A stretch of DNA of 64,000 nucleotides from Phyllobacteriaceae bacterium (GCA_031422915.1 JANPEK010000135.1:5895-69894); one strand, 5' to 3'; shown: positions 1 through 8,999, counted from the first letter of the stretch. The notes: generated by a model not told the origin, from the letters alone. Program-made: numbers and translations.

Positions 1-469
1 CCAAATCCATAGTCAAGACACGATGGCCAGTAAGGGCAAGGTGCTGCGAAAGATGAGCGGCCGTGGTTGTCTTACCCGATCCGCCCTTAAAATTCACAAC
101 AGCAATAATCTGCAAGTGCTCACTGCCCCGCCGATGAGGAACGTATTTCTTAACGTCAGATCGACCGTTTTTATCTAGGTAATGCCTCATTTCGAGCATT
201 TGTTCGGCCGAGTACGAACGACGCCCAGTCGCTGTCATAGCTGGCTCTGGCCCTTTGCCTTCGAGCGATAGATTTTTGAGATGGCCAGCGGTGATACCCA
301 GATAACCAGCCGCTTCTGAAAGCTGAAATGAACGCAAACTCTTTTGGGCGTTTGGTGGAAAATTTTCTAACCGGTGCCGATGCAAGCGCTTAGAAAGCTC
401 ATTGCCCTGCCCAAGAATCAGCTCGTCAAAATTTGACAGGGCGTTTCTAAAGGAAGGTGCGATATTCAT
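1..469 (-). CDS. repA: Plasmid partitioning ATPase RepA (ParA family) of a repABC operon; N-terminal ~156 codons, gene runs off the left edge
   Basis: Reverse translation from the ATG at 469-467 gives MNIAPSFRNALSNFDELILGQGNELSKRLHRHRLENFPPNAQKSLRSFQLSEAAGYLGITAGHLKNLSLEGKGPEP..GRRSYSAEQMLEMRHYL..HRRGSEHLQIIAVVNFKGGSGKTTTAAHLSQHLALTGHRVLTMDL. An HTH-like N-domain followed by the deviant Walker A KGGSGKTT is the RepA architecture. Absent from the ORF track because the window edge truncates it. Confidence 0.9.
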   Translation of the reverse strand, partial: MNIAPSFRNALSNFDELILGQGNELSKRLHRHRLENFPPNAQKSLRSFQLSEAAGYLGITAGHLKNLSLEGKGPEPAMTATGRRSYSAEQMLEMRHYLDKNGRSDVKKYVPHRRGSEHLQIIAVVNFKGGSGKTTTAAHLSQHLALTGHRVLTMDL

Positions 470-558
470 ACTAAATTGTTCCGATATGCGAATTTACGAG
501 GGGAATTCTCTTAAATCGCATTTAGCTCCGATTCTCTCTACCGTGCAAGGAATTTATA

Positions 559-609
559 GTTAATGAAACGTTAACGAAAGCCCGTCTCTCGCGGTTTACT
601 ATGGTAAAC
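559..609. promoter_or_regulatory. Two GTT..AAC palindromes upstream of repA (candidate parS-like / RepA-RepB operator sites)
   Basis: GTTAATGAAACGTTAAC (559-575; 5-bp arms) and GTTTACTATGGTAAAC (594-609; 16 bp, perfect 6-bp arms). The second has the length and outer arms of the repABC parS consensus GTTNNCNGCNGNNAAC but an AT-rich centre instead of GC. Confidence 0.35.
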
Positions 610-1610
610 TTCTGGGCAGACTGTTTTAATTGCGCATTGCCCAATACGCCCTCAAAGCGCTGCAGCCACTCAGCCTGAACGCAGAGAAGATCAATCGCTC
701 AAAAGAGGCGTCTTTACGAACCCGAGCCGATGACCGCTAAAGACAGTTTTGTGATCGGCGATGTGGTGGGCCAACACGACGGCAAAAGCCAGGTTACTAG
801 CGGACACATAGGAGAGTCAGCATCGCGGCGCTGCAGAGCAGCGCCACTCTGGACTTGCTACGCCATTGAGTTTGCCTACGCAGGGCAGGGGCTTTGCCAC
901 TGTCTCTCCCAAGCGTGCGATTGTGGTTCGATCTTAGCAAGAGTGATCGTCACCCGAGCGGGCGCAGACTGCCGGCGAAAGGCTGCGTTTGCGAAGCGAA
1001 TAGAGCCTGGCCACCAGGCGGCATGCACAAACACCTCAATTCATTTTCGTCCGCCGCTCAAATTCAATTGCCGCTGAGATTGGCTCAAACATCAATTCAG
1101 CTCCGCCACCATAATGGTCTGCGCCTTTGGCCAATGCCAATTCAAGCGAGATCATGGCTGCCCGCCGCTGAAACTCAACGACATTTGCGTGGACTTTAAT
1201 GTTTGGACTTATCGTTCCCATCGCCCGAATGAAAAGACGCCGTATTATCACCACGTGTGGGGACATCACCGCCGCAATTTGCCAGTCTAAGAGTGACAGC
1301 TTTCAAGCAACGCATTTGCCGCGCACGAGGACGCGGGGCAGGGGAGAGTAGGCCGTCTGTATATTGAAGTCAGCGCCGTTGCAAAAGTGCCTGTGGCGAT
1401 GTATTAAACAACCGGCAGTGCCTTTTTAGAAATGTGGGCGGGGCAGGGCAGCCGATCAGCAAACTTTGATCGCTGCGCGGGCTAGGATTCTATTGTGCGT
1501 CTGCCGAACCCATCTGGCGCGGCCTCAATCTGCGGGCTCGTCCACTTGCAGAAAACGTCTTGCAATTATCTGAAAACACATGATAATCATATCACCTTCT
1601 CTTGGCATTT

Positions 1611-1637
1611 GAGGCGAATATCTGACATATTCGCCTC
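1611..1637. promoter_or_regulatory. Perfect 11-bp inverted repeat abutting the Fic pseudogene start (operator or hairpin)
   Basis: GAGGCGAATAT-ctgac-ATATTCGCCTC. It ends one base before the first recognisable Fic codon. Confidence 0.3.
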
Positions 1638-2280
1638 ATAAAGCATATCTGGCAGGCTCGCGTCTGGCCCAACTTCGACTATGATCGAGCGGAAACCGAA
1701 CCGCATCTGGCAGCGGCCATTGAGGCGCTGGGGAAGTATCGGGCCTTCTGGTAGGCCTCGACCCCGACGATTTGGAGGAACTGAGGCCTGCCCAGGTGGT
1801 GCAGGAAGCGATGTCCTCTTTTGGCATTGATGGCGTGACCCTAGACGCGGCCGAAATTGAGGCCTCCGTCATTGCCTCCCTGAAACAGCGCAACCGCGCC
1901 ATCGTATCGCGCTGATCGGATTCGATTGTCGAACTCATGCTGGCGGCGCAACGCGCGAAAAAACCGCTGACGGCGGACACACTCAAGGACTGGCACAGAC
2001 TCCTCTTTTACGGGATCGAAGTCGAAGATCTTGGAACATGGCGCAGATTCGAGATCGACATTGTCCGTTCAGCCGCTGCCGGAAACAAAGATATCCTCTA
2101 CATGGCGCCGCCGCCTGATCAGATGGACGCCGAGATGGCTGTCTTTCTGAAGTGGCTTGCGCAGGAGCAAAAGCATCCGACACCAATCGTGGCAGCAATC
2201 GCGCATCTGTAGTTTGAATCAATCCACCCGTTCTCGGATGGCAATGGGCGTATCGGGCCCGCCATCATCGAACAGGTGTC
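1638..2280 (+). pseudogene. Fic/DOC family protein (DUF4172-type N-terminus + Fido domain), disrupted and 3'-truncated
   Basis: Frame 0 reads KHIWQARVWPNFDYDRAETEPHLAAAIEALGKYRAFW then stops at 1752-1754. Homology continues in another frame (GLLVGLDPDDLEELRPAQVVQEAMSSFGIDGVTLD..). There is an in-frame TGA at 1913-1915 and an in-frame TAG at 2210-2212 just before FESIHPFSDGNGRIGPAII (Fic motif HPFxDGNGR). The gene is cut at 2280 by the IS3-family element. Confidence 0.8.
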
Positions 2281-2298
2281 TGAATAGCCCCGAGTTTC

Positions 2299-3213
2299 CT
2301 AGACACCTTGCGGGTTCATTTTTTGCTGTCTCGCAAACTCTACCGGCGACAGCATCCCGTTTTTAGCGTGTTTGCGTTGCGGATTATAGAACATCTCGAT
2401 GTAGTCGAAAACATCCGCCCTTGCGTCGTCTCTGGTCTTGTAAATTCTGCGTCTTACACGTTCGCGCTTGAGCAAGTTGAAGAAGCTTTCTGCAACAGCG
2501 TTGTCATGACAGTTGCCCCTGCGGCTCATGCTGTGTTCGAGGTTGTGCTGCTTGAGGAATGAGGCCCAGTCAATGCTGTTGAACTGTGAGCCCTGATCCG
2601 AGTGAATCAGGACTTTCCCTTTTGGCTTCCTGCGCCATACCGCCATGAGCAGGGCTTGCAGGACAAGATCGGTCGTCTGCCGGCTTTGCATTGACCAGCC
2701 CACCACACGCCTCGAGTAGAGATCAATCACCACGGCCAAGTATGCAAAGCCTTCGTTGGTCTTGATATAGGTGATGTCGGTGACCCATACTGTATCAGGC
2801 ACGGTGACATCGAACTGACGATCCAGTGTGTTGTTGACCGCGAATGATGGCTTGCCACCATAGGTGCCGGAACGACGCCTGTAGCCGATTTGGGCTTTGA
2901 TCCCCGCCATTCTGGCCAGTCTTGCAACCCGGTTTGGGCAGCAGGTCTCACCTTGGTCTTGAAGATCATCATGCAGTTTGCGGTAGCCGTAGACTTTGCC
3001 GCTGTCGTCCCAAGCCCTTTTGAGTAGCCCCGCCTGTCGCTTGTCTTCCAGAGCCCGCTTGCTGAAGGGTTGCTTCAGCCAAGCGTAGAAGCCACTGGGG
3101 TGGATGCTGAGCATGTCGCACATGCGACGCACACTAAACTGCTGGTGATGCCCCTTGATGAACGCGTATCTCATTTTGCATCCTTGGCGAAATACGCGTT
3201 CGCAAGGGCTCAC
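2299..3213 (-). CDS. IS3-family transposase OrfB (DDE integrase core)
   Basis: ..WVTDITYIKTNEGFAYLAVVIDLYSRRVVGWSM..LIHSDQGSQFNS..SMSRRGNCHDNAVAESFF..LSPVEF carries the rve-type DD(35)E signature. It lies in the +1 frame relative to orfA (see findings). Confidence 0.8.
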   Translation of the reverse strand: MSPCERVFRQGCKMRYAFIKGHHQQFSVRRMCDMLSIHPSGFYAWLKQPFSKRALEDKRQAGLLKRAWDDSGKVYGYRKLHDDLQDQGETCCPNRVARLARMAGIKAQIGYRRRSGTYGGKPSFAVNNTLDRQFDVTVPDTVWVTDITYIKTNEGFAYLAVVIDLYSRRVVGWSMQSRQTTDLVLQALLMAVWRRKPKGKVLIHSDQGSQFNSIDWASFLKQHNLEHSMSRRGNCHDNAVAESFFNLLKRERVRRRIYKTRDDARADVFDYIEMFYNPQRKHAKNGMLSPVEFARQQKMNPQGV

Positions 3214-3463
3214 CTCTTTTTAGTATGTCGCGCTCCTCGGTGACGCGAGCCAATTCTTGCTTCAGACGACGGATTTCCGCCGACTGATCGTCCTTCACAA
3301 CCGCAAAAGGACGAGCGGCATATCGCTTCATCCAACCGTAAAGCGAATGCGTGCTGACACCCAGGCGCTTCGAAACATCAGCGACAGAGCGCCCCCGCTC
3401 CGTAATCTGCTTGATTGCCTCCAGCTTGAAATCTTCAGTGAAGTTGCCTTTGCCCATGGTCAT
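3134..3463 (-). CDS. IS3-family transposase OrfA (HTH)
   Basis: MTMGKGNFTEDFKLEAIKQITERGRSVADVSKRLGVSTHSLYGWMKRYA..EIRRLKQELARVTEERDILK is the typical IS3 OrfA HTH plus leucine-zipper segment. The tail after ILK is out-of-frame read-through. Confidence 0.8.
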   Translation of the reverse strand: MTMGKGNFTEDFKLEAIKQITERGRSVADVSKRLGVSTHSLYGWMKRYAARPFAVVKDDQSAEIRRLKQELARVTEERDILKRGEPLRTRISPRMQNEIRVHQGASPAV

Positions 3464-3516
3464 CTCCTTGCCTCATTTTAAAGCGGCAAGGCGTCTACAA
3501 ATCTAGGGGCTATTCA

Positions 3517-3736
3517 GTTGGCCAGTCAGGTATCAAGGCTTGCAGCGGTTCGCTCGCACGATCAAACGCGATATCGTCGCAGTTCGAAACGTGATGACGA
3601 CCATTTGGAGCAACGGCCAAACCGAGGGGCAGATCAACCGGCTCAAGACTCTCAAACGGGCCATGTACGGGCGGGCAATGAATTGCTCCGCGCGCGCATG
3701 CTGCCGCTCCCAAACCGCTTTCATCACACACTTTGA
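3517..3736 (+). pseudogene. ISL3-family transposase, C-terminal remnant
   Basis: ..FARTIKRDIVAVRNVMTTIWSNGQTEGQINRLKTLKRAMYGRA, then a 1-nt frameshift, then GNELLRARMLPLP. This is the conserved ISL3 transposase tail (WSNGxxEGxxNRLKxxKRxMYGRA). It is 5'-truncated exactly at the IS3 right end. Confidence 0.65.
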
Positions 3737-3916
3737 GAAAGACCCATTTTATTTGATAAGGTTTCTTGGATTGATACACCTAAACGTCTACGGTTTTGTC
3801 CAGAAGAAGATGCACAAGTGCGTGGCCTACGCCCATGCTTTTCCTTCATCTTCTGATACTGTAAAGCGATAAGGAAATTGGTCGAAATTGCAAAAAGGCC
3901 CGCTTTGCTCGGCAAG

Positions 3917-4834
3917 CTATTTCGCGTTACTTGCTGGTAGAGTTTGGAAAGACAGGGCTAGTGTGGTTGCAACCATAGCGAACTCTCGAGCGAGAAGTGT
4001 GGCTCTCTGGGGCAGCGCGACCGATACGCAACAACTCGGAATGTCTTCAATCTCGGGAAAAGCCAAACCAGGTCTCGCGTAGAAGCGACTTGCCGCGATC
4101 GGTGTTATGCTAATCCCCCGACCTGAGGCGACTGCCTGAAATTCGGACTCGAACGTCGGCGCTTCGTGCACAACGTTGGGTGGCTGCCCCTTTCTGTACG
4201 CGCAGGCGAGCCAATAATCCCGCCAAACGCCGACACCCGGTGCGGCAATAATAGGTTCGTCCAGAAGGTCATAGATACTCACGGTCGTTGCGAGTGCAAG
4301 GCGATGATTTTCTGGAACGCATGCGACACAAACTTCCTCCAGAAGTGTTATCAGCTCAATGCCAGCTTCATCGACAGGCGGCCGCAGGATCGACACGTCC
4401 ATGCCGTGACGAATTCCGGCTTCGGGCATCGAAAAATCATACTCTTTTAAAATAATGTTCACGTCAGGGAATTGGTCCCCAAAGGCACGAATAATTGAAG
4501 GGACAATGTCTACACCTGCGCCGATGAGATATCCGACCTTCAAGGTACCTCGACGTCCTTTGGCAATGTCTCGGGAATGATCCATAAAGGCATGATAGCT
4601 ATGAAGGGTATCAAGCACATCGTCGAGGATCAGAGCTCCGGCTGCGGTCAGTTGAACGTGCCGGGTATTACGATAAAAGAGCTGCAATCCGAGTATTAAT
4701 TCAAGCTGCTTTATCGTCTGAGAGAGCGCTGGTTGGGAAAGTCGCAGCCGCTCAGCCGCCCTGACGAAATTTAATTCATCGGCTACGGCGGCGAACGCAC
4801 GGAGTTGCTGCAAGCTGGCACTTATAAGCCGCAT
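3917..4834 (-). CDS. LysR-family transcriptional regulator
   Basis: The N-terminus LQQLRAFAAVADELNFVRAAERLRLSQPALSQTIKQLE is the LysR HTH; a substrate-binding domain follows. Divergent from the permease gene. Confidence 0.9.
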   Translation of the reverse strand: MRLISASLQQLRAFAAVADELNFVRAAERLRLSQPALSQTIKQLELILGLQLFYRNTRHVQLTAAGALILDDVLDTLHSYHAFMDHSRDIAKGRRGTLKVGYLIGAGVDIVPSIIRAFGDQFPDVNIILKEYDFSMPEAGIRHGMDVSILRPPVDEAGIELITLLEEVCVACVPENHRLALATTVSIYDLLDEPIIAAPGVGVWRDYWLACAYRKGQPPNVVHEAPTFESEFQAVASGRGISITPIAASRFYARPGLAFPEIEDIPSCCVSVALPQRATLLAREFAMVATTLALSFQTLPASNAK

Positions 4835-4932
4835 GAATAACTTATGTCAAACTTTGTATTTCTAAGCAAGCCGCTTCTTAACTAACTTCGGCCTCTGCAC
4901 CGGGTGCAGGGTGAAATTGAGGAGGGACCCCC

Positions 4933-6408
4933 ATGACTGCAACTTTTGATTCAAACGCAGTTAACAGTGACGAAGCTGATCTTGCCGCGATGGGCTACTC
5001 CCAGAAACTTCATCGCACAATGAGCCCCTTCACTTCCTTTTGTTTGGCATTTTCCATGGTGTCCATCAATACAGGGGTAGTGACGCTGTTTGCCGATCCT
5101 TTTAACCGGGTGGGTGGTGCCGGCGTTCTGACTTGGCTCGTCGTTATTCCTTTTGTGATGTGCATCGTATTTGTTTACTGCCATTTATCATCACGCATGC
5201 CGGTAACAGGCTATGCCTACCAATGGTCAAGCCGCCTTGTGAACAAAAGCTATGGCTGGTTCACCGGTTGGGTTGCAATGATTTCTTTCATGGCTGGCAC
5301 CGCTGCCACCGCAGCGGCTATCGGGTCAGTTTTTGCTCCAGAAATCTGGGCCAGTCCCACCCAAGGACATGTTCAAGCGTTGAGTATCGTTGCGACCATT
5401 ATTGTGTGCGCCCTCAATATCTTCGGCATTAAAATAGCTACGAAGATGAACGATATTGGTGCGGTCATAGAGTTGGTCGGGACACTGGCTCTGGTTTTGA
5501 TGCTCATTGCTGGCGTGTTCGTTTTCTTTGATAATACAGGAGGTATCAGTCTGTTTTTCGATACCACACCGGCAGACGGATCTGAACTCTCATTTTGGAC
5601 GATTGCATTGGCAACATTGCTGCCTGTGAATGTTTTACTAGGCTGGGAAGGTGCTGCCGATCTGGCTGAAGAAACGATGGATCCCCGTCGTGCTGCAACG
5701 AGTGCAATGATTAAGGCTGTGGCCATATCTGCGATATTCGGCTTCACACTTTTCGCTTTGCTGGCGCTCGCTGTTCCCGGCCCAATTCCAGAATTGCTCG
5801 GCCAACCTGGAAACCCTGTGATCAACATCGTGCGGTTGCGGTTTGGCAATTTTGCCGCAACCCTCATGCTGTTTGTGACGTTTGCTTCCATTTTTGCTTG
5901 CCTTATCGCCAATATGGCGGTGGCCACGCGCATGTCCTTCGCCCTTTCGAGGGACAACATGTTGCCCGGATCTCGAGTCTTGGGTTCCGTCAACGCGGGC
6001 ACCGGAACACCCGTGGCGTCCATCGTGATGGTCACAGCAATTGCCATCGCCTTGAACTTCGCTAGCGGCGGCTTTGTGGGCGCAATCTACTCGATGGTCG
6101 GTCTCACCTATTACCTGACGTATTTTTTAACTCTGGTTGGTGCCTATATTGCCCATCGGAGTGGGCGCATTCCAAATGCACCTGAGGGCGTGTTTGGCCT
6201 AGGGGCTTGGCTTGTGCCAACGATAGGTGTCGGTGTCCTGTGGACAGTTTGTGTCATTGCAACGTTCTCTATTCCGCAACAAAGCCATACAGGTGCAATT
6301 ACGACAATGATCATGTTGGCCGTTGGCGCGGCATGGTGGGTGTTGAAACTTCGTGGCGACTTAGCCGCTGGAAGGGCCGGACCGCCAGACCTTGCCGTCC
6401 GCAAGTGA
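4933..6408 (+). CDS. APC-superfamily amino acid / amine permease
   Basis: 491 aa, about 12 hydrophobic segments. The N-terminal region ..GYSQKLHRTMSPFTSFCLAFSMVSINTG.. is typical of the APC family. An RBS GAGGAGG lies upstream. Confidence 0.85.
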   Translation: MTATFDSNAVNSDEADLAAMGYSQKLHRTMSPFTSFCLAFSMVSINTGVVTLFADPFNRVGGAGVLTWLVVIPFVMCIVFVYCHLSSRMPVTGYAYQWSSRLVNKSYGWFTGWVAMISFMAGTAATAAAIGSVFAPEIWASPTQGHVQALSIVATIIVCALNIFGIKIATKMNDIGAVIELVGTLALVLMLIAGVFVFFDNTGGISLFFDTTPADGSELSFWTIALATLLPVNVLLGWEGAADLAEETMDPRRAATSAMIKAVAISAIFGFTLFALLALAVPGPIPELLGQPGNPVINIVRLRFGNFAATLMLFVTFASIFACLIANMAVATRMSFALSRDNMLPGSRVLGSVNAGTGTPVASIVMVTAIAIALNFASGGFVGAIYSMVGLTYYLTYFLTLVGAYIAHRSGRIPNAPEGVFGLGAWLVPTIGVGVLWTVCVIATFSIPQQSHTGAITTMIMLAVGAAWWVLKLRGDLAAGRAGPPDLAVRK

Positions 6409-6439
6409 TAAAACAAAATGGCCTTTATGAGCTTCCTAT

Positions 6440-6466
6440 CCGCGCCTTCAATGTTTGAAGGCGCGG
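6440..6466 (+). terminator. Stem-loop downstream of the permease gene (no U-tract)
   Basis: CCGCGCCTTCAA-tgt-TTGAAGGCGCGG, a perfect 12-bp stem 32 nt after the stop codon. No T-run follows, so intrinsic termination is uncertain. Confidence 0.35.
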
Positions 6467-6584
6467 AGAATACTTCGAAGAAATCGCAGCACGTCTGGTT
6501 GAAATATTCCCGGAACGGACCGACCGGTTTTTTACGCAATTCATGCTTACCGCCTGAGGTCAACGTTCAAAAGGAAGCAACTCA

Positions 6585-7169
6585 ATGAGCTCAAACTTCA
6601 AGGAAGGCACTTGGCTAAACGAGCCTGCAATCTGGCAGGCTGATGATAATGGGCTCTCGATGACGACTGGCGCGAACACCGATTTTTGGCGGCAAACCTA
6701 TTATGGGTTCACGCGCGACAGCGGCCATTTCCTTGGACTACCTGCGGGTGACAGCTTCACCGCTCAGCTACGTATTCAAGGGAAATTCCGCACTTTGTAC
6801 GATCAAGCCGGCCTGATGTTACGCGTCGACGAGACGCGCTGGATAAAGACAGGCGTCGAATTCACCGATGGCGAACTATTTCTCAGCACTGTTATCACCA
6901 ATGGCAAATCAGATTGGTCCGTATCGCAGCCCTTCAAAGAGCTGGAAGATTTCTATCTCCGTCTAACGCTCGCCAAAGGCGCAGTGAGGATTCAGGCCTC
7001 GCGCGATGGTAAATTCTGGCCGCTTTTACGCCTAGCCCCTTTTCCTCTCTCGGCCTTATACCAAGTCGGCCCTACCGCTTGCACACCAGAGCGCAGCGGT
7101 TTGACAATCCACTTCTCCGAATTCTCGATCAACCCCGCAATTACAAATGATCTTCACGACCTGAGCTAG
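6585..7169 (+). CDS. DUF1349-family protein (concanavalin-like beta-sandwich)
   Basis: ..WLNEPAIWQADDNGLSMTTGANTDFWRQTYYGFTRDSGHF..YDQAGLMLRVDETRWIKTGVEF matches my recollection of DUF1349 proteins. The stop TAG (7167-7169) sits 1 nt from the IS481 end. Confidence 0.7.
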   Translation: MSSNFKEGTWLNEPAIWQADDNGLSMTTGANTDFWRQTYYGFTRDSGHFLGLPAGDSFTAQLRIQGKFRTLYDQAGLMLRVDETRWIKTGVEFTDGELFLSTVITNGKSDWSVSQPFKELEDFYLRLTLAKGAVRIQASRDGKFWPLLRLAPFPLSALYQVGPTACTPERSGLTIHFSEFSINPAITNDLHDLS

Positions 7170-8140
7170 GTGTTTGATCCCGGCATCTGGTGGATCGGAT
7201 CTTAAATGAATCGATCTGGCTCTAAAGTCCAGCATTTGCAGATGTGTTCGTATGGGGTGAGGCCTTTGAGGGTTTTGAGCCTGCGGGCGAAGTTGTAGGC
7301 CGCGAGGAAGTCAGCGAGGTGTATTCGCAGCTGATCGTGGCTGTCGTAATGGAAGCGCTTGACGGTCGCATCCTTGATCGTGCGGTTCATCCGCTCGACC
7401 TGACCGTTGGTCCACGGGTGGTTGGGCTTGGTCAACCGATGCTCGATCCCGTTGGCCTCGCAGATCATGTCGAAGCGCATCGGCCGGGAATAGATGGTGT
7501 TGCGGTTACGGGGCTGCTCGGCGAACTGGATTCCGTTGTCGGTCAATATGGTGTGGACCTGATACGGCGCGGCTTCGAGCATGTGCTGCAGGAACTCCCA
7601 GGCGGTTTTCCTGTCGGCTGTTGCAACGAGTTGGGCGACGGCGAATTTGGCAGTCCGGTCAATGCCCACGAAGAGCTAGAGCTTGCCTTCGGCGGTCTGC
7701 AGCTCAGCAATATCAATGTGGAAGAAGCCGATCGGGTAACGCTTGAACTTCTGCCGCTGGGGCTTGTCGCCCTCGACATCCGGCAGACGCGAGATGCCGT
7801 GACGCTGAAGGCACCGGTGCAACGCCGACCTTGTCAGGTGCGGGATTGTAGGCTGCAGGGCATAGAGGCAGTCATCCAGCGGCAGCAGTGCATGCCTTCG
7901 GAAGGCAACGGCCATCGCCTCCTCGGCCTCTGTCAGAACGGTAGATCGCGGTTCCGACGGCCCTGTCTTCATTTCCTCAACCGTCGCTCGCTTGCGCCAC
8001 TTGGCGACCGTTTTGGGATTGATGCCCAGTTCCCGACTCAATTGCGCGAGCAAAGCTTGCGATCGCTGTATTGCTGCTCTGACGGCGTGCGTGGTCGTGG
8101 CGCTCCCATGACGAACTTGTCCCATAATGCTGCCTTCCAT
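7166..8140 (-). pseudogene. IS481-family transposase interrupted by two in-frame stop codons
   Basis: One continuous frame: MGQVRHGSATTTHAVRAAIQRSQ..HIDIAELQTAEGKL-TAG(7676-7678)-LFVGIDRTAKF..TDNGIQF..HPWTNGQVERMNRTIK..EPDRFI-TAA(7202-7204)-DPIHQMPGSNT, final stop at 7166-7168. The ORF track splits it into 7676..8140 and 7202..7669. Confidence 0.85.
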
Positions 8141-8181
8141 TCCTGTGAAAGGATCGCACCATCAAACCGTGGGATCAAACA
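7171..8181 (-). mobile_element. IS481-family insertion sequence (~1011 bp)
   Basis: Terminal inverted repeats TGTTTGATCCC (7171-7181) and GGGATCAAACA (8171-8181). A single transposase frame spans the interior. No direct repeat is seen at the flanks, and the flanks belong to unrelated genes. Confidence 0.8.
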
Positions 8182-8928
8182 GGATTCGTCAACATCAGCC
8201 AGAATGCCTCGCGCCTTGTTCTCGCCGGAACATTTACGGCGGGCGGTCTAAACGTTGGCGTTAAAGACGGCGAGCTGCAAATTCTTCGCGAGGGAAATAT
8301 GCAGAAATTCGTCCCTGAGGTCGAACAGATTACATTCTCAGGTCAATTGTCAGTCGAAGTTGGACAAACTGTCCTTTACGTTACTGAGCGCTGCGTTTTC
8401 CGCTGCGGGCCAAATGCGCTGGAGCTGACCGAGGTCGCTCCAGGCATTGATATTGAGCGCGACATACCAAAACAGATGGGGTTTCTCCCGATTATCGAAA
8501 AGGTCAAAGCCATGGACGGGCGTTTGTTCCGCCCGGAACTAATGAGATTGCGATCCGAATTCCTGGAAGCCAGCCTTGTGGATCGCGTGTCATTCGATGC
8601 TGAAAAAATCAGCTTGCCGTAAATTTTTCGGGGCTACAGTCTTTCTGACTCGTCCGATCTAGCCCGGCTCGAAGCACTGGTGACTGGTTACTGCAACGAC
8701 AGGGCTGGCGAAGTGGATTGCGTTGTCTGGTATGACGGTTTCAGCGTCGATCCTTCGCTGGAAGCGCAGTATTCTGACCTGATCGCCAATCTTGAAAAAC
8801 GCTTTTATCGTTCTGCACGACGATACACCAGAAGCCCGTTTCAGCGACTGAAGTTCGGTGCCGAGCTTGCTAAACGAGATCTCAGAACCCGGATCACAAC
8901 TCAATCCGTAATTACAGGAATGGCATAA
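8182..8928 (+). pseudogene. Acyl-CoA:acetate/propionate CoA-transferase (YdiF/Pct-like), C-terminal part only, with an in-frame stop
   Basis: The frame opens at the IS481 boundary: GFVNISQNASRLVLAGTFTAGGLNVGVKDGELQILREGNMQKFVPEVEQITFSG..YVTERCVFR..LELTEVAPGIDIERDI. There is a TAA at 8620-8622, and the same frame then continues ..VVWYDGFSVDPSLEAQYSDLIANLEKRFYRSARRYTRSPFQRLKFG. Confidence 0.7.
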
Positions 8929-8999
8929 CTACTTTCAATTCCGCCGCAACAATTGCGCAAAATTCAAACCCAGTCCACCGAGAGGGAAGGGTACGTTGC

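Larger units (their letters stand above)
2281..3516 (-). mobile_element. IS3-family insertion sequence, 1236 bp (IS407-group-like by size and layout)
   Basis: Terminal inverted repeats TGAATAGCCCCGAGTTTCCTAGACACCTT (2281-2309) and the reverse complement of 3488-3516, TGAATAGCCCCTAGATTTGTAGACGCCTT (24/29 identical, TG..CA ends). Overlapping orfA/orfB lie inside. Flanks tgtc / gttg are not a target duplication. Confidence 0.85.

Noticed and set aside
730-1269. Small overlapping ORFs upstream of repA, including a 61-77-aa minus-strand ORF (1036..1221/1269; MGTISPNIKVHANVVEFQRRAAMISLELALAKG..). I considered it as a ribbon-helix-helix antitoxin with a downstream toxin.
   Set aside because: I could not match it to any antitoxin family. 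No plausible toxin ORF follows in any frame, and there is no clear RBS. Left uncalled.
5373-6047. Long antisense ORFs inside transporter and enzyme genes: this one, plus 10598..11206, 20441..21250, 21416..22321, 34965..35651, 40717..41460 and 43116..43982.
   Set aside because: Each is fully embedded opposite a gene with strong family signatures, and none has a motif of its own. They are treated as GC-driven shadow ORFs.
7244-8251. 335-aa plus-strand ORF across the IS481 element.
   Set aside because: It is antisense to a transposase frame with clear family motifs. Its composition (G/V/R/L-rich) is typical of an antisense artefact.
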